DNA from: an uncultured Eubacterium sp.
GTDB taxonomy: Bacteria > Bacillota > Clostridia > Lachnospirales > Lachnospiraceae
Direction of reading: 5' to 3'
DNA: 64,000 nt
Assembly: GCA_910586225.1 (NCBI GenBank)
Contig: CAJUIL010000014.1
Location: 22,966-86,965 of the forward strand
In this document: one piece after another, positions 49,343 through 59,331 of the stretch
How positions within the stretch are numbered: position 1 is the stretch's first letter
How the letters are laid out: the number at the start of each line of letters is the position of its first letter
Position numbers and translations under genes: made by a program
Notes under the pieces: model-generated
What the model was told of the DNA's origin: nothing
What the model saw: only the letters and a program-made list of their open reading frames with translations
Database searches by the model: none

Positions 49343-50791
49343 TCAGCCTGCCTCCAGGCCGTCCCTTGCGTGCTCCGGCAGCCCATGTACACCACGCATC
49401 GTGATCAGCGGCCCGCCCTTTCCTTCTACATAATCCTCCGTAATGGTAACGACGCCGATATTGTCATCCTTTGGGATTTCATACATAATATCCAGCATAA
49501 ACTCTTCCAGAATGGCCCGCAACGCCCTGGCGCCGACCTTCTTTTCCTTTGCTTTTTTGGCAATCGCGTGCAAGGCGTTATCTTCAAATTCCAGACGCAC
49601 CTCGTCGTAATCCAAAAGCTTCTGGTACTGCTTGATAATCGCGTTTTTCGGCTCCGCCAAGATACGCACAAGCATATCCTCCGTCAGCGCTTCAAGGGAA
49701 AATAAGATCGGAAGCCTGCCGATAAACTCCGGGATCATGCCGAATTTACGGATATCCTCTACCGTTACCTTGGACAGCAGGTTTTCCTCTTTATCGTATT
49801 TATCCTTTAAATCCGCCTGAAAGCCGATCGAGGACGCTTTGTTCAGACGTTCCTTGATGATCTCATCCAGATCCGGAAAAGCGCCGCCGCAGATAAATAA
49901 AATGTCCTTCGTATTGACAGTCGTCATCGGCACCATCGCGTTTTTACTGCTGGCACCAACCGGAACCTCCACCTCGGCGCCTTCCAGCAGCTTTAACATT
50001 CCCTGCTGTACCGATTCGCCGCTTACATCGCGCTGGTGGGTGTTTCTTTTTTTCGCAATCTTGTCTATCTCATCAATAAAAATAATCCCATGCTCCGCCC
50101 GGTCTACATCATTGTCAGCCGCCGCAAGCAGCTTGGATACGACGCTTTCAATATCGTCCCCGATATAGCCCGCCTCCGTCAGAGAGGTCGCGTCCGTGAT
50201 CGCTAACGGCACATCCAAAAGCCTTGCCAGCGTCTTGACCAGATACGTCTTGCCAGATCCGGTTGGACCGACCATCAGCATATTGGATTTCTCAATCTCA
50301 ATATCGTCCTCGCGGCCGCTGCTGATGCGCTTATAGTGGTTGTATACCGCTACGGACATTACCTTCTTCGCGTGCTCCTGACCCACGACATAATCATCCA
50401 GCTTTGCCTTTATTTTATGCGGCGCCGGTATTGCATTGATATCAAAAACAGGAGCTTCTTTTTTTTCCTTTGGCTTTTTCTTTTTAATCTTCTGCGTATT
50501 CGGCATCATATTCTGCAGATCCGACAAATTGATCATGCTGATATTCGGCATTCTGCCGCCCGTATTCTGCATCGGGCCAAGAATATCATCCAACCGGAAC
50601 CCAGATTGGTTCATGCCGTCAAACGTACGCTGCATACAGTCCTGACAGATGCAGATATTATTCGGTATTTTGATCATTCTGCCAGCTGCACTCTCCGGAC
50701 GATGGCAGATATAGCAGACTTCCTCATAATCATCATTTTTCTCTTCCTTGGATCCGTTCAGATCCACTTCTCTGAAATCATGTTCTGACAT
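49343..50791 (-). CDS. clpX: ATP-dependent Clp protease ATP-binding subunit ClpX (long N-terminal zinc-finger/linker variant)
   Basis: C4 zinc finger (CYICH...CICQDC), a K-rich linker and an AAA+ module (LMVGPTGSGKT, IIFIDEIDK, GYIGDD). No clpP adjacent. Confidence 0.85.
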   Translation of the reverse strand: MSEHDFREVDLNGSKEEKNDDYEEVCYICHRPESAAGRMIKIPNNICICQDCMQRTFDGMNQSGFRLDDILGPMQNTGGRMPNISMINLSDLQNMMPNTQKIKKKKPKEKKEAPVFDINAIPAPHKIKAKLDDYVVGQEHAKKVMSVAVYNHYKRISSGREDDIEIEKSNMLMVGPTGSGKTYLVKTLARLLDVPLAITDATSLTEAGYIGDDIESVVSKLLAAADNDVDRAEHGIIFIDEIDKIAKKRNTHQRDVSGESVQQGMLKLLEGAEVEVPVGASSKNAMVPMTTVNTKDILFICGGAFPDLDEIIKERLNKASSIGFQADLKDKYDKEENLLSKVTVEDIRKFGMIPEFIGRLPILFSLEALTEDMLVRILAEPKNAIIKQYQKLLDYDEVRLEFEDNALHAIAKKAKEKKVGARALRAILEEFMLDIMYEIPKDDNIGVVTITEDYVEGKGGPLITMRGVHGLPEHARDGLEAG

Positions 50792-50915
50792 AATCTATCC
50801 AACTCCCATCTATTTTTGTACGGCTGCAAATTCCTGACTTCCAAAAGCCAGACTATACCATTATAAGAAAAACCCGCGCATTTGGCAACCAGTAAAGGAA
50901 TATTTAATAATAAAT

Positions 50916-51914
50916 TCACAAATTATGTTCCTCGTACAGATCCTCTTCTTCCAGTATGCCAAGCGGCTCCTCCCTTCTGCGGTCCAGCACACGCAAAAAC
51001 CTTCCGGCTTCTTCCCACGCCCTTTTAGATTCCTGCAAGATCAGCTCTCCCATCTGGAACACATGGAACATCCCCTCGTAGACGCTCAGGCGAACCTTAA
51101 CGCCCGCTTCCTTCGCCTTTTTTGCAAGCTCCGTCGAATCGCTCAGCAGCATCTCGACCGAGCCTACCTGGATCAGCATCGGCGGAAATCCATCATAAGA
51201 GCCGAACAGCGGAGAAATATACGGATTCGAAGCATCCTCCTTACCGACGTAATCCCGGTTGTAGATCATGCTCTCCTTCGTATTCCCAAACAGCGGATCC
51301 AAGGTAAAGTTTGTCTCATACGATTCCCCGCTCGCCGTCAGATCCGTCCACGGCGACATCAAAATCAGCCCCTCCGGCAGCTCCATACCATGATCCTTTA
51401 AATACAGGCAGAGCGCAAGCGCAAGCCCGCCCCCTGCAGAATCTCCGGCAATTACGATCTTTGCAGGCTGGCGTCCGCTTTCCAGCAGCCAATTCCATGC
51501 ATCCAACGCGTCCTCAAGCGCTGCCGGATACGGATTTTCCGGCGCCACACGGTAATCCGGCGTAAAAACGCTGATCCCACCGCCAATCTCATTATACAGT
51601 CCGGCGAATGAACGATATTTGTTGCGCATCGCACCGATATAGCCCCCGCCGTGCAGCTGCAGAACAACCCGGTCCAGATTCGGATTTTGCGCCAGACTCA
51701 GCAGCTCCGCCCTGCAGTTTGCAAGATCGATCTGCGTTACATGAAAACACGCTGGACATTTCCAAGGCGGCTCCACGAGGTTTTTACGTATTTCCCCGTT
51801 TTGGATCTTCGGACCGATTAGTCGATCCGCCGTCATCCGCGCGATCATATCCCGTACAAACGCCGCAAATTTTGATTCTTTTCCAGTTTCCTGATTCGTC
51901 ATGTCTCCAGCCAT
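50916..51914 (-). CDS. Alpha/beta-hydrolase fold-3 esterase/lipase
   Basis: HGGGY oxyanion motif, GDSAGG nucleophile elbow. Confidence 0.75.
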   Translation of the reverse strand: MAGDMTNQETGKESKFAAFVRDMIARMTADRLIGPKIQNGEIRKNLVEPPWKCPACFHVTQIDLANCRAELLSLAQNPNLDRVVLQLHGGGYIGAMRNKYRSFAGLYNEIGGGISVFTPDYRVAPENPYPAALEDALDAWNWLLESGRQPAKIVIAGDSAGGGLALALCLYLKDHGMELPEGLILMSPWTDLTASGESYETNFTLDPLFGNTKESMIYNRDYVGKEDASNPYISPLFGSYDGFPPMLIQVGSVEMLLSDSTELAKKAKEAGVKVRLSVYEGMFHVFQMGELILQESKRAWEEAGRFLRVLDRRREEPLGILEEEDLYEEHNL

Positions 51915-51960
51915 TTTCTACCCCTTTAAAATCTATCTCCGAATGATCCAAACGCCGCTC

Positions 51961-52635
51961 CTACATTACATGGAACCTGCGCTTTAGCTCATTTCTGGCA
52001 CGCCTGCCCCCAATAATAAACGCAGCCAGAAACAGCACGATCGAAACGCCAAACGCCGTATAGCTCATCAGCGGCCTTTCGATCACTCCAAACAGACTGA
52101 GCAGCACGCAGACACCGCTGCACAAGATCATAAAGATCTGGAACAACAAATAGCTCTGCCAGTTGCGCAGATTAACAAACATCACCGCGACGATCATCAC
52201 ATCCATGATCATAAGCGCCGAAGGTATCCCATAATTCAGCGACCAGTGCCGAAAGCCGAGAATATAATCGATCAGCACCATATAAGCCGCTCCGCAGGCC
52301 ACGCCGGTCAGCGCCTTGCTGCGGTAGCCTGCATGCTCATTTTCAATAAAGAAAAACAGGATCAAAAGCATATACCCAAGCCCGCCGACAACAATGCCGC
52401 TCCACCAGATTGTGCCTTCCTGCATATAGTTCACCAATACCGCCAGCGCGCCCAGCACGATGTCCAAAAATAGGACAATCCTGCCGATCAGCTCCAGCTT
52501 CCTCCCCTTCAGCCGGATATCCGGATACCGCTCCGCTTCCGGCGTATCCTCATCCACATCAACCACACACTGACAGAGCGGGCATACGTCTGTCTGGTCA
52601 GCTATCCGGATACCGCAATGCAGACATTTATTCAT
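51961..52635 (-). CDS. Membrane protein with N-terminal zinc ribbon
   Basis: CLHCG...CPLCQC followed by about 6 TM helices. Overlaps the upstream acyltransferase gene by 8 nt. Confidence 0.45.
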   Translation of the reverse strand: MNKCLHCGIRIADQTDVCPLCQCVVDVDEDTPEAERYPDIRLKGRKLELIGRIVLFLDIVLGALAVLVNYMQEGTIWWSGIVVGGLGYMLLILFFFIENEHAGYRSKALTGVACGAAYMVLIDYILGFRHWSLNYGIPSALMIMDVMIVAVMFVNLRNWQSYLLFQIFMILCSGVCVLLSLFGVIERPLMSYTAFGVSIVLFLAAFIIGGRRARNELKRRFHVM

Positions 52636-53962
52636 AATACACCCCGTTGCTTTCTATCGTTACATCCAGCCCTTCCGCCGCCAGCGTACGGAAAAAGATC
52701 TTCTGTACAACAGGCTTTTCAAATACCGAGCTGAACGTAAATACCAGTGTCTCTTGATACGAGCATATCGTACCCTTCAAAAGCTGCCCCTTGCTCATCG
52801 CCAGGAACGAATGAAACATTTCGATATAAGGCTCATACGCCTCCTGCACCTTCACATTGCCAATATTCGTCACCGTCGTTGTATTCGCCAGCGCCGACTT
52901 GGTATAGACCGAACGGATCGCCAGATTTTTAAAGATCAGCGGTACCGCACGCATCGCCAGATTTTTCTCATTTGACACGTTATAAGAAAAAATATCTTCC
53001 AAATTTTCCTTGCGTATCTGGCTGCGCAGGCTGTCCTTTACGATCTGCAGCACCTCGTCAAACGTGTAATTTTCCTTTTCCGGCAAAAACTCCGCGGACA
53101 CCACGACGAAAAAGTTTTTCGTCGTTACGGAATCAAAATACGGACGCAGATTAACCGGCACGGCCGCTCGGACCGGACGGCTGCTTTGCGCGCCGTGCAG
53201 ATATCCCTGATAAATACTCCATACAACGAGCGACACGAGATATTCGTTAATACTCATCTCATGCCGCCTGCAGACTTCTTTAAGCTGCGGGATATTTAAG
53301 TACCCATGCATCACGCCAAATTCCTGCTTGTGTAGCCTTGGCGCCTTCATAATAAACGCCCGTCCCGAACGGTAATTTCTGGCATGGCCTTTTTTGTAAT
53401 TCTGTAAAAAGCTGTCCTCACGGTTCAAGGATGTATCGATACTCAGCCGGTCCCCCTCCTGCTCGCGCAGCTTCGGATGGGACAGCCGCAAATACTGGTA
53501 GGTCAGCTCCTTTAAAAAATTCAGCCCGCCCATACCGTCCGTCAGCACATGGAACACCTCCAGATTGATCCTGCACATATAATAGGTCACCCGGAACAAA
53601 TAGCTGTTGTTGCGGTTCTGCAAAATATAACGGCACGGATAGGTACTCTCCTCCCGCACCTCCGGCGCAGGCTTGCCGTTTTCCTCAAAATAATACCAAA
53701 AGATCCCCTGCCGCAGGCGGACGTTAAATCCGTCAAATTTTGGCAGCACCATATCCAGCGCCTTTTGCAGCGTCGTTCCGATCACTGGCTCCTTTAACAC
53801 AACGCTGATACGGTAAACATTTGTCATATCATCACCGGCGATGACCGGAAATAAATGGGCTGTATTATCCAGCTTGTCCCATTTCGGCTCATGTCCGCGT
53901 CGGGACAACCGCTTCCTTCGATCCTTCCCTGATCTGATTTCGTTTTTTTCCGTTTTACTCAT
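52628..53962 (-). CDS. HxxxDG acyltransferase (condensation-domain/WS-DGAT-like superfamily)
   Basis: 444 aa with FHVLTDGMGG active-site-like motif. Confidence 0.5.
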   Translation of the reverse strand: MSKTEKNEIRSGKDRRKRLSRRGHEPKWDKLDNTAHLFPVIAGDDMTNVYRISVVLKEPVIGTTLQKALDMVLPKFDGFNVRLRQGIFWYYFEENGKPAPEVREESTYPCRYILQNRNNSYLFRVTYYMCRINLEVFHVLTDGMGGLNFLKELTYQYLRLSHPKLREQEGDRLSIDTSLNREDSFLQNYKKGHARNYRSGRAFIMKAPRLHKQEFGVMHGYLNIPQLKEVCRRHEMSINEYLVSLVVWSIYQGYLHGAQSSRPVRAAVPVNLRPYFDSVTTKNFFVVVSAEFLPEKENYTFDEVLQIVKDSLRSQIRKENLEDIFSYNVSNEKNLAMRAVPLIFKNLAIRSVYTKSALANTTTVTNIGNVKVQEAYEPYIEMFHSFLAMSKGQLLKGTICSYQETLVFTFSSVFEKPVVQKIFFRTLAAEGLDVTIESNGVYYE

Positions 53963-54067
53963 GTCGTTTTCGCATCACTTTGCTTTGTATTTTATAATAC
54001 CTATACAATAATTTGCCATAAAAATCAAAATTATGCAACTGTTTCTTTTCGGCATTTTGCAAACGAA

Positions 54068-54118
54068 AAAATGCACATTCGTCAGCTGCCCCGCAGCAAA
54101 ACAAATGTACATCCTTGC
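54068..54118 (-). terminator. Rho-independent terminator after ilvE
   Basis: Minus-strand hairpin ATGTACATTT...GCTGCGGGGCAGC...AATGTGCAT followed by TTTTT. Confidence 0.6.
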
Positions 54119-54131
54119 GTTAAATTATGTT

Positions 54132-55154
54132 TCAGATTTCCTGGATCCATCCCTGCGGCGCTTCGATATGCCCCATCTGGATACCAGTCAGCGTATCATA
54201 TAACTTCTGCGTTACAGGCCCCATCTTCTCCATGCCGCTCGGCAAACAAATCTCGGTACCATGGTCTACGATCTTGCCGACCGGTGAAATAACCGCAGCC
54301 GTCCCGCAAAGGCCGCATTCCGCAAAATCCTTTACCTCATCTAACGTCACCTTTCTTTGCTCAACCTTCATGCCAAGATACTGCTCAGCAACCGTCATCA
54401 GGGAGCGGCGTGTGATCGAAGGCAGGATACTATCTGACAGCGGCGTAACAACGGTGTTATCTTTGGTTACAAATAAGAAATTCGCACCGCCTGTTTCTTC
54501 CACATACGTTCTGCTCGCGGCATCCAGATACATATTTTCGTCATAGCCTTCCTCATGTGCCGTTACGATCGGATACAGGCTCATCGCGTAGTTTAAGCCC
54601 GCCTTGATATGGCCCGTACCATGCGGCGCCGCGCGGTCGTAGTCCGTAACGCGGATCGTCAGAGGCTTCACACCACCCTGGAAATACGGTCCTACCGGCG
54701 TCGTAAAAATGCGGAACTGATATTCATCCGCAGGCTTTACGCCGATCACCGGATCGCTGCCAAACATAAATGGACGGATGTACAAGGTCGCTCCTGAGCC
54801 ATATGGCGGAACATAAGCCGCGTTTGCCCGGACCGTCTGCTTAACCGCGTCTAAAAAACGCTCCTGCGGGAATACCGGCATCATCAGGCGCCGGCAGGAA
54901 TCCTCCATACGCGCCGCGTTCAGATCCGGCCGGAACGTAACGATCCGTCCATCCTCTGTCGTATATGCCTTAAGCCCTTCAAAACAAGTCTGCGCATACT
55001 GCAGCACGCCCGCGCATTCGCTGATGACGATCTTATCATCTTCTACCAGCCCGCCCTCGTTCCAAGCGCCGTTTTTGTACTCCGCTACATAACGTTTGTC
55101 TGTTTTGCGATAATTAAAACCAATCTTTTCCCAGTCGATGTTCTTTTTTTCCAT
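54132..55154 (-). CDS. ilvE: Branched-chain amino acid aminotransferase
   Basis: Class IV aminotransferase sequence (CFEGLKAY, EETGGANFLFV, GTAAVISPV). RBS GAAGGAAGG. Confidence 0.9.
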   Translation of the reverse strand: MEKKNIDWEKIGFNYRKTDKRYVAEYKNGAWNEGGLVEDDKIVISECAGVLQYAQTCFEGLKAYTTEDGRIVTFRPDLNAARMEDSCRRLMMPVFPQERFLDAVKQTVRANAAYVPPYGSGATLYIRPFMFGSDPVIGVKPADEYQFRIFTTPVGPYFQGGVKPLTIRVTDYDRAAPHGTGHIKAGLNYAMSLYPIVTAHEEGYDENMYLDAASRTYVEETGGANFLFVTKDNTVVTPLSDSILPSITRRSLMTVAEQYLGMKVEQRKVTLDEVKDFAECGLCGTAAVISPVGKIVDHGTEICLPSGMEKMGPVTQKLYDTLTGIQMGHIEAPQGWIQEI

Positions 55155-55248
55155 TTTATCTTAACCTTCCTTCACTATGTTCTTTACCCGGCTTTGTTGT
55201 ATAGTTTACTCCCATGAAGCGGGACTGTCAAGAACACAGCTGCACTTT

Positions 55249-56319
55249 TTACAGATACTCCTCCCTGTTGCAGATCTTTAGGTTTTCCAGCACCAGCTTA
55301 ATATCCGGCGTACTGCCCTTGTCACAGATCAGCGTAGCATCCTCCGTATCCACAATGATCAGATCCTCAATGCCGACCGCGGCGATCAGCTTATTCCCGC
55401 CTTGGATAATATTATTTTTACTGTGTATCGTAATAATATTCCCAGTTACGACATTGCCGCTTTCGTTAGACTTGCGGATACGCTCGACGGCCAGCCAGGA
55501 GCCAACATCGTCCCAGCCGAACACGCCCGGAAGGATAAAAATATCCTGCGCTTTTTCCATAATGCCATAATCGATCGATACGGATTCCAGCTCCGGAAAT
55601 ACCTTTTCCAGTACGATTTCCTGCTGCTGCGTCCCAATCGCTTCCCCGATCTTTGCCAGTCCGTCATACATATCCGGCAAAAAGCTGCGGATATTTGACA
55701 AAATAGTAGACACCTTCCAGATAAACATCCCGCTGTTCCACAAATATTCCTCTGTCGCCAAATATTCCTTGGCCGTCTCAACGTCCGGCTTTTCTACAAA
55801 GCGGTCAACGGCATACGCGTTCCCGTCCGATTCATCCGGACGGAACTTGATATATCCGTAGCCTGTCTCCGGATAATCCGGCGTGATCCCGATCGTCACA
55901 AGGTTGCTCCCTTTTTCCGCAATGCTGCATCCATCCTTTAATGCGTTTAAAAACATCTGGTTATATTTGATCAAATGGTCGCTCGGCAGCACCATCATCA
56001 AAGCGTCCTCATATTTTTTTGCCATATGCACGGCTCCCAGCCCGATACAAGGCGCCGTATTCCTTCCGGCAGGCTCGCATAAAATGTTTTCCGGCGGAAG
56101 CTCCGGCAGCTGCTCTAACACCAGATCGCGGTACGCCCGGTTTGTGGAAATATAAATATCCTCCATCTGTATCAGCGGACGGATACGCTCTACTGTAAGC
56201 TGTATCATCGTCCTCCCATCCGCTGTCAAAGATAAAAACTGTTTCGGCAGGCTCCTGCGGCTCTTCGGCCAAAAACGCTCGCCCCTCCCGCCAGCCATGA
56301 TCAATGCGGTTTTTTTCAT
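55249..56319 (-). CDS. Mannose-1-phosphate guanylyltransferase
   Basis: N-terminal NTP-transferase motif LIMAGGRGERFWP plus a C-terminal left-handed beta-helix region. Confidence 0.8.
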   Translation of the reverse strand: MKKTALIMAGGRGERFWPKSRRSLPKQFLSLTADGRTMIQLTVERIRPLIQMEDIYISTNRAYRDLVLEQLPELPPENILCEPAGRNTAPCIGLGAVHMAKKYEDALMMVLPSDHLIKYNQMFLNALKDGCSIAEKGSNLVTIGITPDYPETGYGYIKFRPDESDGNAYAVDRFVEKPDVETAKEYLATEEYLWNSGMFIWKVSTILSNIRSFLPDMYDGLAKIGEAIGTQQQEIVLEKVFPELESVSIDYGIMEKAQDIFILPGVFGWDDVGSWLAVERIRKSNESGNVVTGNIITIHSKNNIIQGGNKLIAAVGIEDLIIVDTEDATLICDKGSTPDIKLVLENLKICNREEYL

Positions 56320-56457
56320 CACATAACCCTCTCTTTGTATTGTGTTTATTTTTATTATCCATATTATTTTTTGTTTTGTAAACTGTAAGCATTATTTTTT
56401 GCAATAAAATAACATACTGACTCTAAAACAAATTTTCGCATACCAGTGGGGCACGCT

Positions 56458-56985
56458 CTAGCTATCACTCGTTTTAAAAGCCCAAAATTTATTGATAAAA
56501 AAGTTTACAGGCACACTGATAAACAAATTCATAAGCGGCGCGATAAATTCCGAAATATGCAGCACCTGTATCCACAAAACAAGCAGCAAAGTGCTTAAAA
56601 ACAATCCAGTAAAGGAATAAGACACATAAGTCTTTAACAGCGACTTCCAGATGGAACGCTGCTTGCCGTCCTCCAATACAAAGACCGCCTTATTATTCCA
56701 GTAAAAAGACCATAATACGCTGAGCACAAAGGAAAAGCCCTGCGCCGCAAGATAATCCGCATCCGCCCAAAGCCCTGACGCACGCAGTCCAAGCAGGCTT
56801 ACCGTATACAAGATATAAGAAATCACGGTGTTGCTGACACCCACGATCCCGAATTTTACAAACTGCAGAAAGCCTAAAACCGCTTCATCCGTCAGCTCCT
56901 TGCCCATTTTCTGATACAACGGCTTTAATACAAGGATGACCGCCTGTGCGATCCATTCCCATATGCCTTTCCCGATCTGCTGCAT
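56458..56985 (-). CDS. GtrA-family polysaccharide biosynthesis membrane protein
   Basis: 175 aa, 4 TM, with FVKFGIVGVSNTVISYILY. Confidence 0.7.
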   Translation of the reverse strand: MQQIGKGIWEWIAQAVILVLKPLYQKMGKELTDEAVLGFLQFVKFGIVGVSNTVISYILYTVSLLGLRASGLWADADYLAAQGFSFVLSVLWSFYWNNKAVFVLEDGKQRSIWKSLLKTYVSYSFTGLFLSTLLLVLWIQVLHISEFIAPLMNLFISVPVNFFINKFWAFKTSDS

Positions 56986-57012
56986 CCCTTTTCTCCCTTT
57001 ATCATTTTCCGG

Positions 57013-58332
57013 CTACCTGCGCAGCCCTTTTGGATAGTGGTTTTTCAATACACCTGCGGACGCTTTTCCCCAGCCCGCCGAACAGCCGCATACTGTCACC
57101 AGCGTCCAGCCCTTCTGCGTCCCGCAGCCAATCTGCTCGCCCCTTAGGTAGCGTTCTGGCTCCGCCAACTCTACCGTCTGGCTTACCTCATCCGGATGGA
57201 GCGCCATCGCCAACGCGTGTGCCGGCTCAAACCTTCGCTTTTTGCAGCATCCCAGCTGCAGTCCCGCACGCTCTGTTTTCAGACCGTCCAAGCTGCGGAT
57301 TCCAGGCGGCAGCAAATACAGCTGTTCTCCGAATGCCGCCAGCCGTCCTGATCTGACACCTTCCAGCAGCCGTTCCCTCGCCTGCGCCGTCAGCGTCTGC
57401 TCGCAAAACTGATAAAATTCCTCAGAAACAGGCCCTCTATTCTTTCGATCCGAAAGCTCCGCTGCAGCTTGCGCAAAAACGGTTCCTTCTTTGATAAAAC
57501 GCGCGGCAAAATGCCCCTCGCCGCGCTGCAGATGCGGCCATATCTGCTCCTGCGCCGTCAGACGAAGGCTTGGATACTCCTGCACCAGCCAAGCCGCGTT
57601 TTGTTCATTTTCCTGCGGTGCAAACGTACAGGTAGCATACACCAAAACACCGCCGGGCTTTAGCATCTGCACCGCCTGTGCTAAGATTTCCCGCTGTCTT
57701 TTGGCACATAGCTGCGTCTGCGCGTAGCTCCATTCGCCCCGCGCCTGCACATCCTTTCGGAACATTCCTTCTCCAGAGCACGGTGCGTCTACTAAAATAC
57801 GGTCAAAAAACGCCGGGAAACGCTCCGCGAGACGCTGCGGCGTTTCATTCAAAACAACAGCGTTCGTAACCCCCATGCGCTCGATATTCGAAGAAAGTGC
57901 CTTTGCGCGCTTGGAAATAACTTCATTGCAGACAAGCAGCCCCTTTCCCTGCAGCCGCCCCGCGATCTGTGTGCTTTTCCCGCCAGGCGCCGCGCACAGA
58001 TCCAAGACAGACTCCCCCGGCTGCGGGTCCAGAAGCTCGACCGCAACCATTGCGCTCGGCTCCTGTATGTAATATGCCCCCGCCTCGTGCAGCGGCAGCC
58101 TGCCAGGATGCGTATCCGCAGGATAATAAAGCCCTTCCGCCGCCCACGGCACCTGCTCGGTTGTAATCTGCTGCGCGGACAATGCCTGCCGCAGCGTTTC
58201 CTTTTCGATTTTCAGAGGATTATAACGCAGCCCGTATGTCCGCTCTTCCTCGTAAGACTTTAGAAAAGCCGGATAAGACGCCCCAAGCTGACGCTTTACG
58301 CGCTCTAAATAATCATACGGCAGATCCACCAT
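57013..58332 (-). CDS. 16S rRNA m5C methyltransferase (RsmB/RsmF, NOL1/NOP2/Sun family)
   Basis: SAM motif DLCAAPGGKS, catalytic DAPCSGEGMFRKD, and TC(T/S) cysteine. Confidence 0.8.
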   Translation of the reverse strand: MVDLPYDYLERVKRQLGASYPAFLKSYEEERTYGLRYNPLKIEKETLRQALSAQQITTEQVPWAAEGLYYPADTHPGRLPLHEAGAYYIQEPSAMVAVELLDPQPGESVLDLCAAPGGKSTQIAGRLQGKGLLVCNEVISKRAKALSSNIERMGVTNAVVLNETPQRLAERFPAFFDRILVDAPCSGEGMFRKDVQARGEWSYAQTQLCAKRQREILAQAVQMLKPGGVLVYATCTFAPQENEQNAAWLVQEYPSLRLTAQEQIWPHLQRGEGHFAARFIKEGTVFAQAAAELSDRKNRGPVSEEFYQFCEQTLTAQARERLLEGVRSGRLAAFGEQLYLLPPGIRSLDGLKTERAGLQLGCCKKRRFEPAHALAMALHPDEVSQTVELAEPERYLRGEQIGCGTQKGWTLVTVCGCSAGWGKASAGVLKNHYPKGLRR

Positions 58333-58359
58333 TTTTTATATTCCTCTTTCCCTGTTCAT

Positions 58360-59331
58360 TTACATCTCAAATACTTCCCGTATGAGACGGTCCAGCTCCT
58401 TCCAGGCTTCAGTATCTTCAAATTCTCTCAGCTTATTCGCGACTGTCCGATAATACCAGCCGTGCATATTTTTATCCTTCTGATGAAAACGCTCCCAGAA
58501 GTGCTCGTCATTTTTCAAATATCCCTGACGGGTCGCACGCATATTCGAAAGCTTATCGGCCAGCGCAATGATCTTTTCTTCCCGCGTCTTATGATCCAGC
58601 CCGTCTATAAATTCCTGCTTACGGATCTTCCATGTCGCAGACGCATCCTGTCCCTTGCGCTTATTCTCGCTTTCTATCTGCACCAAATGCGCGATCCGGC
58701 TGCCAAACGCGTCCTCGATGTCCTTGGCGCTATAGCGCGTATCCTCAATAATATCATGAAACAAGGACGCGATCACAATATCGCGATCGCTTGTCAGCGT
58801 CATCGCGATCAGCGCCGTCTCGATCGGGTGCATAATATACGGCACCGAAGAGCCCTTGCGTACCTGGCCCTTATGCGCCCGCATAGCAAATTCCAGCGCA
58901 CGCTCAAAATAATCGCGCTTTTCCGCTTTACTGCGCGCGGCCTGCGCAAACGGATCGTCCTGCTCCTCTTCCTCGTCAAACGGACGTCCCTCAGCCAATG
59001 CACAAGCCTGGTCAAATACCTGGCCAGCATCGTCCTTTAATAAAATGTACGGTATATGCTCCAGTACATTTGCGAAAAAAGATCCTTCCGGACGCTCCAG
59101 CAGCAATTCCAACATTTTCTGGTCCGAAATAATCAATACATCAGCAATCGCGGCCGCTTCCTCGTAGCAGTCCTCATGCCTGCCATCCTGCTTAGTGTCG
59201 CTGTCCAGAATGCCAGGAAAAAAAATCAGGTTTACATTTTCCTGTTCCTTCGCCCGTCTGCACAGCCCACGGATGATATGCGCCGCGTGTTCCGCATATG
59301 CGTTGCTCATCACCACTCCTATCGTGATCAT
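58360..59331 (-). CDS. HD-domain protein (RelA/SpoT-type hydrolase domain) with N-terminal unknown domain
   Basis: HKGQVRKGSSVPYIMHPIETA...LFHDIIEDT HD motif. RBS GGAGGTGAG. Confidence 0.65.
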   Translation of the reverse strand: MITIGVVMSNAYAEHAAHIIRGLCRRAKEQENVNLIFFPGILDSDTKQDGRHEDCYEEAAAIADVLIISDQKMLELLLERPEGSFFANVLEHIPYILLKDDAGQVFDQACALAEGRPFDEEEEQDDPFAQAARSKAEKRDYFERALEFAMRAHKGQVRKGSSVPYIMHPIETALIAMTLTSDRDIVIASLFHDIIEDTRYSAKDIEDAFGSRIAHLVQIESENKRKGQDASATWKIRKQEFIDGLDHKTREEKIIALADKLSNMRATRQGYLKNDEHFWERFHQKDKNMHGWYYRTVANKLREFEDTEAWKELDRLIREVFEM

